Shown here in pieces: positions 30,570-40,489 of a stretch of DNA of 64,000 bases. Each line of letters starts with the position of its first letter. Within the stretch, counting starts at the first letter, position 1. The position numbers and the translations under genes are program-made. Source of the DNA: Candidatus Latescibacterota bacterium (GTDB lineage Bacteria > Latescibacterota > UBA2968 > SICM01); the NCBI GenBank assembly GCA_965217865.1, contig CBDCJO010000001.1, positions 384,001 to 448,000 of the forward strand. The letters are read 5' to 3'. The notes beneath the pieces are model-generated. The model saw nothing but the letters and a program-made list of their open reading frames with translations, made no database searches and had not been told where the DNA came from.

Positions 30570-31257
30570 TCGAAGCCTCCTGATGAGGTGCCTTAAACGA
30601 TACGGCAACCGTCGTTCCCCTGTCTATCTCGGTTTTCACCCCCACCTTACCATCATAAGCTTCCACCACGGCCTTTACGATGGCCAGGCCCATACCCGTG
30701 CCGTCTGACTTGGACGTAAAATACGGATTGAAAATGCGGGGGATCTCCGAACTCGGAATTCCACATCCGTTATCCTGAACCACGACTTCCACGCAATCGG
30801 AGGAGGAAAACCGGGTGGTAATCGAAAGAAGGCCGCCAGAAGCCATGGCTTGGAGTCCGTTAAGGCAGAGGTTAGTCAGGACGCACCGAATCTGTGATCG
30901 TCCCGGCTCTACTTTCCAAACCCGGGGATCGCAACTCACCCGGACTCGGATACCCTTCGCCTTCGCCTCCTTCCTCATCTCTCTTCCGACCTGCCGAACC
31001 ACGCTGTTCAGGTCCGTGGGTTCCGACGCGATCCGGTTTCGCCGCGTGAGGGATCTCATCTGATCCGTCAGGTCTTCCAGGTAATCGATCTGCCCGATAG
31101 CCAGCTCAACGCGGCGCTTGTCCCGTTCGGTCAATCCTTCGGCACAGGCCAGACCTTCAACGCACAGACGCAAAGAAGATAGGGGCGTACGAACTTCGTG
31201 AACCACGGATGCCGCGAAGGCCTGAATCCCGTTCGAAGAATAGGAAGTAACGAACAT
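30544..31257 (-). CDS. Histidine kinase lacking a sensor domain
   Basis: HEVRTPL at residue 20; NLCLNGLQAM; DNGCGI; GTGMGL. Confidence 0.8.
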   Translation of the reverse strand: MFVTSYSSNGIQAFAASVVHEVRTPLSSLRLCVEGLACAEGLTERDKRRVELAIGQIDYLEDLTDQMRSLTRRNRIASEPTDLNSVVRQVGREMRKEAKAKGIRVRVSCDPRVWKVEPGRSQIRCVLTNLCLNGLQAMASGGLLSITTRFSSSDCVEVVVQDNGCGIPSSEIPRIFNPYFTSKSDGTGMGLAIVKAVVEAYDGKVGVKTEIDRGTTVAVSFKAPHQEASNGPGSCHR

Positions 31258-31340
31258 TCCAGAACCTCCCCGTGTTGATCAGATTTAGGGGCTCAAGGAC
31301 TCTAACAATCGCTTTCCGAAATCGGATGAATAAATTTCAA

Positions 31341-31356
31341 TGCATCATTCGTGCCA
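31341..31356 (-). promoter_or_regulatory. sigma54 promoter upstream of the kinase/regulator operon
   Basis: TGGCACGAATGATGCA (GG-N10-GC). Confidence 0.6.
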
Positions 31357-31618
31357 CTTAAGACCATTTTTTTTCCAATATTCCCTATCCCCTTTTCCTC
31401 CCGTAGAATAAACCGGTTTCAGACTCTGGAATGAATAATAGAACCATCATCCTCGCCGCCAGATTTTTTCGGGCAGGCATTTTGAGGCATCTCAAGAAAA
31501 CCTGATCTTGAAACCCTATGATGCTACAGGATCACCTGCCTTCAAAGGATACAATGTGCCCCTTTTTCTAAGGCAGTGGAACCAAAGGGTCTCGAGACCC
31601 TTCTGATCGCATCCGGGC

Positions 31619-31677
31619 AAAAAAAAGCCCCGACCGGTTTCGCTGCACAAAACGCGTGCAGGACACGGTCGGAGCCA
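31619..31677 (-). terminator. Intrinsic terminator downstream of the lipoprotein gene
   Basis: GGCTCCGACCG...CGGTCGGGGC stem followed by a T tract on the minus strand. Confidence 0.55.
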
Positions 31678-31701
31678 ACGTGAGGATCGATTTTTCAGAA
31701 A

Positions 31702-32292
31702 CTATTGGAATTTGATCGTGTTCAGGATCTCCGAATAGTCGCTCACCGGATAGTAACCCGCAATTCCGTTTCCTTGGATATTATAAGCCACCTCGCGGTT
31801 AATCACGATCGTCACGAAGAAGCGGTCTGCCCGGCTGCCAGTCTGCGCTCGAAAGAACCATTGTTCGCCAGGTTTTCCCCCGATCTGGACCTCCCGGTGA
31901 TCTGTCTCCTGATAGTCCTGTAAGTTTTCAGAGAAATCTTTCATGGCCGCGGCGCCAAGATCCGAAACCGTCGCAGTCTCATTCACGGCAAACGGACCGA
32001 TGCTGAAAGTGGGACGGAACCCGTCTCTTCCCTCAGGGGCCCGGAGGAATATCGTCAGGGAGGATCCATCCGGCAACGATCCATCCCGGGGGGCCGTCTG
32101 AACCGACATGCCCCACGAATCATCCAGGGGCTTGGGGAGTGTGATCTGAAACCCCAGTTTCGTATTCGTGTATGTCCTTCCCAGGGGACCAATGGTGATT
32201 GGATTTTCATCCTCCGGCTCGTTTGGGAGATTGGCGCAAGATGCGCACAATCCCGTCAGGATCCCAATCGCAATAATTTCGGATAGCTTCAT
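31702..32292 (-). CDS. Lipoprotein, possibly PsbP/DcrB-like fold
   Basis: Lipobox CASC; YTNTKLGFQITLP..W and C-terminal ILNTIKF pattern. Confidence 0.7.
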   Translation of the reverse strand: MKLSEIIAIGILTGLCASCANLPNEPEDENPITIGPLGRTYTNTKLGFQITLPKPLDDSWGMSVQTAPRDGSLPDGSSLTIFLRAPEGRDGFRPTFSIGPFAVNETATVSDLGAAAMKDFSENLQDYQETDHREVQIGGKPGEQWFFRAQTGSRADRFFVTIVINREVAYNIQGNGIAGYYPVSDYSEILNTIKFQ

Positions 32293-32333
32293 TTGACCAG
32301 GTACCCTTCTTGCCGACCGGCTTATAAAGATAT

Positions 32334-33229
32334 GGTGATTGAGTAGATATTGGTACCAGCGTATATTAATAATATGCTGGTAATTAATCCACTTAAGTTA
32401 GCAAATGACTGCAAGATAAGTAGGGCCTATTTTCGTGCAGCCCGTTGGGGTGGAAAAGGCGATGTCCAAGCTGCGATTATCAGCGCAGGTTGCCCTTATT
32501 AAAAGACGATCGGTTCAGGTGTTCACGGTGTGGATATCGGTTTAAAGATTTCACGGGCACTTATCTTGAAAGGCTTCGAATTTCATTTGACGAGCTTGCC
32601 CATTTACTTTATCTGTTTGTATTGGGAGTGCCCTCTTACCGATCCAGGCACTACCTGTCCGTATCGCTGAAAACGGCTCAGCGGATTTATACCACGTTTC
32701 GCCAGGCCATCTACGATCATAGCTTTACGGACCAGGTGCTTTGGGGTGAGATCGAGTTGGACGAGGCGATGTATGGAGGTCATCATAAGGGTAAGCGTGG
32801 ATGGGGAGCAGCCGGAAAACACTTGGTTTTCGGGCTTTATCAGAGGAACGGAAAAGTCCTCACCTTTCCCATTCCGGATCGAAGTCGAAACACCCTTACA
32901 CCGCTTGTGACCTCACACACCAAAGCAGGCAGTCTATACTACACCGATGACTGGCACGCCTACACTTGGCTGTCAGTCAAAGGTGACCACGTGGTTGTTC
33001 GAAAAGAAGAAGGGGTGCCCAAAGGCAAAGGCCGACATCACATCAATGGCATCGAAGGCTTCTGGAGTTTTTCTAAAAATTGGCTATATCAATACAGAGG
33101 AATCCCTCGACATCATTTCTATTTATACCTGAAGGAAACAGAGTTCAGATTCAACCAAGAAGACGAGGATCTCTTCCCAATTATTGCTTCATATCTGGTG
33201 AATCTGGTACCAATATCTTCCTAATTACC
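32334..33229 (+). mobile_element. Second IS1595-family element (IS1016-like, 896 bp)
   Basis: 26-bp IRs match at 22/26 (32334-32359, 33204-33229); degenerate TSD AAAGATAT / AAACATTT. Confidence 0.8.
32374..33224 (+). pseudogene. IS1595-family transposase with a frameshift near 32455
   Basis: CPSC..CSRC, EIELDEAMYGG, YTDDW and HINGIEGFWS motifs; ATG 32374 is in a different frame. Confidence 0.8.
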
Positions 33230-33315
33230 AAACATTTAGACCTGTTGCCGGTTTTGTCAATCCATAATTCCCCCATGACCTCAAACCAGACCGGTCCCTC
33301 CCGAGGTTCGAACGA

Positions 33316-34782
33316 TCAACTCGATCCTGAATCTAGCCTCTCCGTTAACAACTGGTTGACCAATTTCGGATTGGCCTTCCCCTTGGTCTCCTTCATAACT
33401 TGTCCCACAAAGAAGGTCAATAGTTTTTGTTCCCCGCCCCTGTAGCGCTCCACCTCCCTCGGTTGAGCCGCAACAATCCGATCGACCACCGCCACCAGGG
33501 CGCCTTCGTCCGATATCTGTATCAATCCCCTCTCTTCCACGATCTTTCCCGGGGCCTTCCCGCTTTCTACCATCTCCTGGAACACGGTCTTGGCGATCTT
33601 TCCGCTGATCGTCCCGGCCCCGATCATTCGGATCATCTCGGCAAGCTGCCCCGCCCGGACCTGAAAATCCGCCATTCCTATTCCTCGTGCGCGAAGCTCC
33701 CGCAGCACGTCACCCGTCACCCAGTTGGAAGCCTGCCGGGCATCCGCATCCGCATCGACCACGGCCTCGAAATAGTCCGCGACCTCCCTGCCGAAAGTTA
33801 AAACCTCTGCAGTGCTCTGTGGAATACCGTACTCCAGGACGAACCGCGCCCGTTTGGCATCCGGGAGCTCAGGGATCTGGGCCCTCGCCTTCTCGACCCA
33901 CGCACCATCCACCTCCATGGCCACCAGGTCCGGCTCGGGGAAGTAACGATAGTCGTGCGAAGCCTCCTTGGTCCTCATCGGGACGACACGCTCCGTCTCG
34001 GCGTCGAACTGCAACGTGTCTTGCTGTATCTGACCTCCACCCGCAAGGATCTCTATCTGCCGGGCGCTTTCGGCTTCCAGGGCACGCTGGGTGTTTCGGA
34101 AGGAGTTCATATTCTTGATCTCGGTCTTCGTTCCGAGCTTCTTCGCTCCCCTCGGTCGCATCGACACGTTGGCATCGATTCTTATGTTTCCTTCCTCCAT
34201 GTTCCCTTCAGACCCTCCGGTATACACCAGGATTTGGCGGAGTTTGGTGAGGTAGAGATAAGCCTCTTCAGACGATGAGATGTCCGGTTCACTCACGATT
34301 TCGACCAGCGGTACCCCGCACCGATTCACATCGAACAGGGATTCGTCTTCCGCGACAAATGTCTCGTCGTGTATCAGTTTTCCAGCATCCTCCTCCATGT
34401 GGATGCGGACGAGGCGGATCTCCTTTTCCCGCTCTCCGATTTCGATCGTGATTCCGCCACCGACGGCAAGGGGCATTTCATCCTGAGACTGGAACTGTGA
34501 AATCTGATATCCCTTGGGAAGGTCCGGATAGAAATAGTTTTTCCTCAGGAATCGGCTTTTGTCCTGGATCTGGCTGCCAACAGCCAAGGCGACTCTGATG
34601 GCCAGTTGGTGCACAGAGCGGTTCATGACGGGCAAGGCCCCCGGCATCCCAAGGCACACGGGGCATCCGTGCGTGTTCGGTTCTGCCCCAAACCCGGAAG
34701 AGCAACCGCAGAAGATCTTTGTCTTTGTCGCCAGCTGGGCATGAACTTCAAGCCCGATCACGGTTTCGTATTCAACGGGCAT
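33316..34782 (-). CDS. gatB: Asp-tRNA(Asn)/Glu-tRNA(Gln) amidotransferase subunit B
   Basis: VIGLEVHAQL, RKNYFYPDLPKGYQISQ, DYRYFPEPDL. Confidence 0.97.
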   Translation of the reverse strand: MPVEYETVIGLEVHAQLATKTKIFCGCSSGFGAEPNTHGCPVCLGMPGALPVMNRSVHQLAIRVALAVGSQIQDKSRFLRKNYFYPDLPKGYQISQFQSQDEMPLAVGGGITIEIGEREKEIRLVRIHMEEDAGKLIHDETFVAEDESLFDVNRCGVPLVEIVSEPDISSSEEAYLYLTKLRQILVYTGGSEGNMEEGNIRIDANVSMRPRGAKKLGTKTEIKNMNSFRNTQRALEAESARQIEILAGGGQIQQDTLQFDAETERVVPMRTKEASHDYRYFPEPDLVAMEVDGAWVEKARAQIPELPDAKRARFVLEYGIPQSTAEVLTFGREVADYFEAVVDADADARQASNWVTGDVLRELRARGIGMADFQVRAGQLAEMIRMIGAGTISGKIAKTVFQEMVESGKAPGKIVEERGLIQISDEGALVAVVDRIVAAQPREVERYRGGEQKLLTFFVGQVMKETKGKANPKLVNQLLTERLDSGSS

Positions 34783-34783
34783 G

Positions 34784-36274
34784 TCAAACCTGTGGTTCGT
34801 TTGTCTTTTTCGGGGGAGGTGCCTCTTTGGTGGTTCCTGACCTGCGCTCGAGGACATAAGCCGCCCTCAGGATGAGCTCCTCCTCGAACGGTCGCCCTAT
34901 GATCTGCGTGCCGACAGGAAGGCCATTCTGGGTTTTTCCGTACGGGATGGAGATTCCCGGGACCCCCGCAAGATTGATCGCCGCGGTGTAAATATCCGAG
35001 AGATACATTTGGAGTGGGTTCGAGATCTTTTCCCCAATCCTGAACGCAGGTGTCGGGGAAACCGGAGAGAGAATCAAATCGCACGTCTTCCAGACCGCTT
35101 CGAAGTCATTTTTGATCAAGGTCCGGACCTTCTGTGCCTTGAGGTAGTAGGCGTCGTAATATCCCGAGCTCAAGGCGTAGGTTCCAAGCATTATCCTTCG
35201 TTTGACCTCATCTCCGAACCCTTCGCTGCGCGTCTTACAATACATCTCAAACAGGTCGGCCGCCCCTTCGGTTCGGGATCCGTACTTGACACCGTCGAAT
35301 CTCGCAAGATTTGCAGAGGCTTCCGCCATCGCGATGATATAATAGGCTGATATGGCATACTCAGGATGCCCCGCAATCGGTAGAGATACATCGCAAAGCG
35401 TCGCGCCTTCGCTCTCCAAGATCCCGGCCGCCTCCTTCACTGCCGATTCCACCTCGGGATCAAGACCCGCGGCGAAATACTCCCTCGGCAAACCCACCCG
35501 GAAACCCTGGACACCCCTTTCTAGTCCGGCGACGTATTCGCTTACCGGCAGGTCCGCCGACGTGGCGTCTCGCTCATCCCGTCCAGCGATCACGGACAGG
35601 ATCAACGCTGCATCCCGAACGTCCTTGGCCAGGGGTCCCGCCTGGTCCAGCGAACTGGCATAGGCCACAAGACCGTAGCGAGAGACGCGGCCGTAAGTCG
35701 GTTTGAGACCCACCACCCCACAGAACGATGCGGGCAAACGGATCGAACCGCCGGTGTCTGTCCCCAGCGCGACCACAGCCTCCCCGGCGGCGACGGCAGC
35801 CGCAGATCCACCGCTGGACCCCCCCGGGACTCGTTCCAGGTCGCGGGGATTGTGCGTCGGATGGAATCCGGAATTCTCATTCGATGAACCCATCGCAAAT
35901 TCGTCGCAGTTCGTCTTTCCGATGATCACGCCATCGGCGGCCTTGACCCGTGCGACACAGGTGGAATCGTACGGCGGGATGAAGTTCGTAAGGATTTTTG
36001 AACCGCAGGTCGTACGCATCCCCTTCGTGCATAGAACATCCTTCACGGACACGGGAACGCCTGCCAGAGGGCCCAGCCGATCACCGTGCCTCACCCTCTT
36101 GTCGATCTCAGCCCCTTTGTTGAGGGCCCCCTCCCGGTCCACCGTGAGATATGCCCGGACCTCGCCGTCCCTTTCCTGGATCTTATCTAACAAATCCCAT
36201 ACAGCGCCTTCGGAAGAAGCCTCACCGGTAACGACCCTTTCGCGCAAGCTATATGCTGAGTATCCCGGAATCAT
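34784..36274 (-). CDS. gatA: Asp-tRNA(Asn)/Glu-tRNA(Gln) amidotransferase subunit A
   Basis: [42 protein letters not shown]. Confidence 0.96.
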   Translation of the reverse strand: MIPGYSAYSLRERVVTGEASSEGAVWDLLDKIQERDGEVRAYLTVDREGALNKGAEIDKRVRHGDRLGPLAGVPVSVKDVLCTKGMRTTCGSKILTNFIPPYDSTCVARVKAADGVIIGKTNCDEFAMGSSNENSGFHPTHNPRDLERVPGGSSGGSAAAVAAGEAVVALGTDTGGSIRLPASFCGVVGLKPTYGRVSRYGLVAYASSLDQAGPLAKDVRDAALILSVIAGRDERDATSADLPVSEYVAGLERGVQGFRVGLPREYFAAGLDPEVESAVKEAAGILESEGATLCDVSLPIAGHPEYAISAYYIIAMAEASANLARFDGVKYGSRTEGAADLFEMYCKTRSEGFGDEVKRRIMLGTYALSSGYYDAYYLKAQKVRTLIKNDFEAVWKTCDLILSPVSPTPAFRIGEKISNPLQMYLSDIYTAAINLAGVPGISIPYGKTQNGLPVGTQIIGRPFEEELILRAAYVLERRSGTTKEAPPPKKTNEPQV

Positions 36275-36378
36275 CTTGGATAGACCAAGAGGGTTAGGTG
36301 ACAGGTGCTCCCTCCCGGTCAACTAACCCTCTTCTCAAAAGGTGACAGATAAAACTCGGCAGTCAGGTTCGCTATGGG

Positions 36379-36660
36379 CTAATAAGAATATTTGAAGTAA
36401 TAATACGCCACACCCATTCCCATGAGGCTGAATAGGCTGAAGTCGAGAGTGAAGCCGAAAGTGAGAGTCAGGATGATCAGGTTTAGGGGGATGGGAGAGA
36501 ATTCATACTGGACAAGCGGATCCAGGAGAACCTTCTGGACCACGCTCTGAGACAGGCCAACGGCCTGGAAAAGGATTTTAAGGACCTCCCCCGCCATATT
36601 CCCGACCAGGACCCCGATAAACAGAGCCACGACCAGGTGAACGATATTTCGCCTCCCCAT
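36379..36660 (-). CDS. Small membrane protein (DUF4321-like)
   Basis: 93-aa hydrophobic ORF with LNLIILTLTFGFTL motif. Confidence 0.65.
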   Translation of the reverse strand: MGRRNIVHLVVALFIGVLVGNMAGEVLKILFQAVGLSQSVVQKVLLDPLVQYEFSPIPLNLIILTLTFGFTLDFSLFSLMGMGVAYYYFKYSY

Positions 36661-36672
36661 ACGACCCCCCGG

Positions 36673-37434
36673 TTAAGGGGTTTCAGACCGATGAACGCTT
36701 ATTTCATCCAGGCCTTGGATTTCAGTCGCTTGGCGATGCCTGAAAAGTTGGAAAACCCACCGGATCACACCCGATAGCACATAGGTCATCGTGAGCGGGA
36801 AGAAGGCCCCGTCTGCGTACCAGATCGTGAGCACGACCCCGGCAATAAAGTATATCAACTTGACTCGATTCCAAAAGGAACCCAGGGTAAATTTCGGAAA
36901 AGTCTCGTACTCAAGCGAGCTGATCATCAAGAATGAGAGCAAAACCGTAAGGGAAATCGAAACTTCCAGGGATCCGGACCAGGTCCACACCTTCTGACTG
37001 AAAATCACATATGAGACAAGGGTGGCCGATGCTGCCGGAATCGGGAAGCCGGAATAATTCTTCTTGTCGAATCCCTTCTGCTGGGCGTTGAAACGAGCAA
37101 GCCGAAGGGCCCCGCATAAAAAGAATAGGAAACCGAGTCCCACCCCCCAAACGTCATGGAGGTTGAATATCCGGGAGTGAAAATTGAAAATCAGCAAGGC
37201 GGGAGCAAGTCCGAACGAGCAGATATCGGCCAGGGAGTCAAACTCCACACCGAACCGGCTGGGTGTACGCATAGCCCGGGCGACTTTCCCGTCCATGGCA
37301 TCCAAAAATGCGCCCACGATGATCAGCCACCCGGCGGGAACCAGCCGGCCTTCGAATATATAGTAGATGGCCAGAAACCCGCAAAAAAGGTTGCCTACGG
37401 TGAACAGGCTCGGAACTGCAGCGCGTTTTTTCAT
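36673..37434 (-). CDS. pssA: CDP-diacylglycerol--serine O-phosphatidyltransferase
   Basis: PSLFTVGN, DAMDGKVAR...G.EFDSLAD, LRLARFN. Confidence 0.93.
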   Translation of the reverse strand: MKKRAAVPSLFTVGNLFCGFLAIYYIFEGRLVPAGWLIIVGAFLDAMDGKVARAMRTPSRFGVEFDSLADICSFGLAPALLIFNFHSRIFNLHDVWGVGLGFLFFLCGALRLARFNAQQKGFDKKNYSGFPIPAASATLVSYVIFSQKVWTWSGSLEVSISLTVLLSFLMISSLEYETFPKFTLGSFWNRVKLIYFIAGVVLTIWYADGAFFPLTMTYVLSGVIRWVFQLFRHRQATEIQGLDEISVHRSETP

Positions 37435-38075
37435 GTCTTGACCACTCCGATGATCGTCTCCCCTCCAGTCATCTTGTCCCCTACCTGAACCCGAATCTCG
37501 GATTCGGGAGGCAGAATCAGATCCACGCGGGAGCCGAATTTGATGAGGCCGAACCGCTCTCCCTTTTTGACCCTATCCCCTTTGGTCGCCCGACAAACGA
37601 TGCGTCGTGCAACAAAACCGGCTATCTGTTTAACGACGATCGTACGGCCAGCATTCTCGATCTCAATAACAACTTGCTCATTTTCAACCGAAGCCCTTTC
37701 GACGAACGCGGCCAGAAAACGACCCCGCTTTCTGTTTACTTCCACCACCCTTCCCGAGTAGGGTATTCGATTGATGTGAACGTCGAAAATCGAAAGAAAC
37801 ACACTCACCTGGATCCCGTTTAAACCCCATTCTTCGTCTCCACTGATCTTTCTGATGCTGACGACTTTCCCGTCAGCAGCGGAGACCACCGCCCCCTGCT
37901 CCGTCGGGATTTGACGTACCGGATCCCGGAAGAATACACACACCAGGAGAAAGCCAGCGGCAAAAGCCCCCCCGAGGTAACCAGGTATGCTATAGCCCGA
38001 CGCGCTGGACAGGGTGAAAAGAAGAACGGCCACAAAACCCGTGATGATCAGAAACGGGAGCCCTTCTCTCGCCAT
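37431..38075 (-). CDS. psd: Phosphatidylserine decarboxylase
   Basis: FFRDP, SAADG, DVHINR, QIAG.VARRI, FGSRVD. Confidence 0.94.
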   Translation of the reverse strand: MAREGLPFLIITGFVAVLLFTLSSASGYSIPGYLGGAFAAGFLLVCVFFRDPVRQIPTEQGAVVSAADGKVVSIRKISGDEEWGLNGIQVSVFLSIFDVHINRIPYSGRVVEVNRKRGRFLAAFVERASVENEQVVIEIENAGRTIVVKQIAGFVARRIVCRATKGDRVKKGERFGLIKFGSRVDLILPPESEIRVQVGDKMTGGETIIGVVKT

Positions 38076-38108
38076 ACCCTACCCCTTATGCCCAAGGATC
38101 GATCCCGC

Positions 38109-39290
38109 CTAATTTCGGCGACGATCCTGTTCCAGGACAAGATCCACTTCGACTTTTCGAGCATTCCGCATAACGACGAGTTCAAAGACTTCCCCCACGC
38201 TCCCCCCCTGAAAGGCCTCCAGGGCGCCTTCGTCATCTTGAATCGGCCTTCCGCTTACGGCGATGATGACATCCCCCGACTTGAGACCCGCACTTGCCCC
38301 AGGGCTGTTGTCTTCGACCTCCGTGATCAAGGCGCCCTCCACGTATGGGATTCCCAACCTCGCCGCAATCCAACGGTTCATCCCCATCACCGAGATCCCC
38401 GTCCAAAATTCCCTGGTCCGGCCGTAACGGAGGAGTTCATCCATCACCCGCTTGGCCTTATTCACAGGGATGGCGAAGCCTATTCCGACCGAACCACCAC
38501 GACCCTCGGTGAAAATGAATGTGTTGACGCCGACCACTTCCCCGGAGCCATTCACCAGAGGACCGCCGCTATTCCCCCGATTAATGGCTGCATCGGTCTG
38601 GATCATCTTCTTATAAGCCCTGCGGTTCTGCGGGACCTGAAAGTCCCGATCCTTCGCGCTGATGACGCCGACCGTAACCGTCGGCTGAGGATCGCCTATT
38701 GCAAGTCCGAAAGGATTTCCGATGGCGATGGCCCATTCCCCGATGATGATATCGTCCGAATTCCCCAAACGAGCCGTTGGGAGTCCTTTCACACCCTCCA
38801 GATGAATCAAGGCCACATCGGATTGAGTTGCCCTGAGAACCTGCCTTGGGATATCCACCACCTCAAAATGCCGATGGTCGGACAGGGTGACCGAAATGGA
38901 GACTGCATCCTCAATGACGTGGTCGTTGGTCAGGATCCAACCGTCTTCACGGACGACGAATCCCGATCCGATTCCGGGCACCTTCTGTCGAAGGACCGCG
39001 AATGGAGAAAAGAAATCGAAAAATGGATCCCGGTATCGAAAGGGCCGCTCTTTCAAAAAGAAGGTGTTAACGCTCACGACCGTCGGTTCAACGGCTTCTA
39101 CGGCCCTTACGATGGCGTTCCGACGGGATTGGAAAATCTCCTCTGCAAATGCGTGGTTGTCGTGGACGGGGATCTCGGGCCCGTTTCCAGTACTGTCCGG
39201 GCACGTCCTGTAGAAGTGCTCGGCAAACACGACCCCGAGACCCATCCCTATCGTAAGGACGATGGCCGTTCGGAGCCTGTTTCCTATCAC
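38109..39290 (-). CDS. HtrA/DegS-like serine protease with one PDZ domain
   Basis: GSGF, TNDHV and QTDAAINRGNSGGPL motifs; PDZ. Confidence 0.92.
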   Translation of the reverse strand: MIGNRLRTAIVLTIGMGLGVVFAEHFYRTCPDSTGNGPEIPVHDNHAFAEEIFQSRRNAIVRAVEAVEPTVVSVNTFFLKERPFRYRDPFFDFFSPFAVLRQKVPGIGSGFVVREDGWILTNDHVIEDAVSISVTLSDHRHFEVVDIPRQVLRATQSDVALIHLEGVKGLPTARLGNSDDIIIGEWAIAIGNPFGLAIGDPQPTVTVGVISAKDRDFQVPQNRRAYKKMIQTDAAINRGNSGGPLVNGSGEVVGVNTFIFTEGRGGSVGIGFAIPVNKAKRVMDELLRYGRTREFWTGISVMGMNRWIAARLGIPYVEGALITEVEDNSPGASAGLKSGDVIIAVSGRPIQDDEGALEAFQGGSVGEVFELVVMRNARKVEVDLVLEQDRRRN

Positions 39291-40066
39291 GTCGGTGGGA
39301 CCTCCTGTTCATCTGATTGCAACGGCATATCCGAATCGGAATCGTAACAGACGTTGATCAGACAGAGTCCGTGAGCGGGTGCGGTCAAACCCGAACAGCG
39401 GCGGTCACGGGCTTCAAGGATATCCATCACTTCCGTTTCGTCCATCTTTCCCCGTCCCACGTCGACAAGCGTCCCAACCATCGTCCTCACCATTCCCCTT
39501 AGGAAGCGATTCGAATTCACCTCAAAAATCAGGTCCTCCCCGTGAATGGCCAGAGAACAGGATTTCACATCGCAGGTATATCCAGGTCTTTCTGAAGCAT
39601 CGTTGCAAAAGGATGCGAAACATCGCCTTCCCACGAACGCCTCAGCAGCCCTTCCCATTCTCGCCGGATCCATCCGGTAGGGGACATACCATGCATATTT
39701 CCCGCCGACTGCGCGTCTCCTCGTTGTTATCCGGTAGGTGTAAAATCGGTTCCGGGCATCGAAACGGGCGTGAAATCGATCGGAAACTGATTCAGCCGCT
39801 CGGACTACGACATCTTTGGGCATGAATCGATTTAAGCCCCGATGGATGTCCCTGGGCGCTAAACTCGTTCCTGTATGGAAATTTGCAACCTGGCCAATCG
39901 CGTGTACACCCGTATCGGTCCGCCCTGCTCCAATTAACCGGATGGGCTCCCCCAGCATCTGTCCAAGATTTTCCTCGACCACCCCTTGAACGCTACGGCA
40001 GTTGGGTTGGATCTGCCATCCGTGAAAATCAGTGCCATCATATTCCAATACCAGCTTGAGGTTCAC
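39287..40066 (-). CDS. truA: tRNA pseudouridine(38-40) synthase
   Basis: YDGTDFHGWQ, GRTDTGVHA, FLRGMVR. Confidence 0.95.
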   Translation of the reverse strand: MNLKLVLEYDGTDFHGWQIQPNCRSVQGVVEENLGQMLGEPIRLIGAGRTDTGVHAIGQVANFHTGTSLAPRDIHRGLNRFMPKDVVVRAAESVSDRFHARFDARNRFYTYRITTRRRAVGGKYAWYVPYRMDPARMGRAAEAFVGRRCFASFCNDASERPGYTCDVKSCSLAIHGEDLIFEVNSNRFLRGMVRTMVGTLVDVGRGKMDETEVMDILEARDRRCSGLTAPAHGLCLINVCYDSDSDMPLQSDEQEVPPT

Positions 40067-40489
40067 TTATGGCACCAGGCTTCTCCTTGGTGGCGGCGTG
40101 TCGCGACGTCCACCTGCCAAGGCCCTGGAAAGACTGGTCCTGATCCTTGGGAATTTTCCGGGGGTTGTGGAAAGGGCACAGGCAGGGTGGACCGGAATCG
40201 CAGATCCAGGATATCACCCTCCAGAAAGAGGGTTCATCAAAAAAAATACGGATTTACGGCACAATATAATATCTCGTCCCAACATTGTCAAATGCTATTA
40301 TCCATAAAACAGGCCTCATCTGTTGAAAGATTCGATCACCAACGGAAAATCGTTTTCGAGTTTTGATGATTCCTACCGGGGTAGAACCCGTCCGCAAGAG
40401 TCTAATTCCGGGCACACGGATTGCACCTCGGTCTTGCCAACGGAATTGACAAACGATCCTTCCGTATTTCGGTCAGCAAAGGAGAACTC

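Noticed and set aside
37911-39347. 478-aa plus-strand ORF
   Set aside because: Antisense shadow of the HtrA-like gene, with no recognisable motifs.
40070-40420. Short ORFs between truA and comEC
   Set aside because: No motifs or convincing RBS; likely a divergent promoter region.
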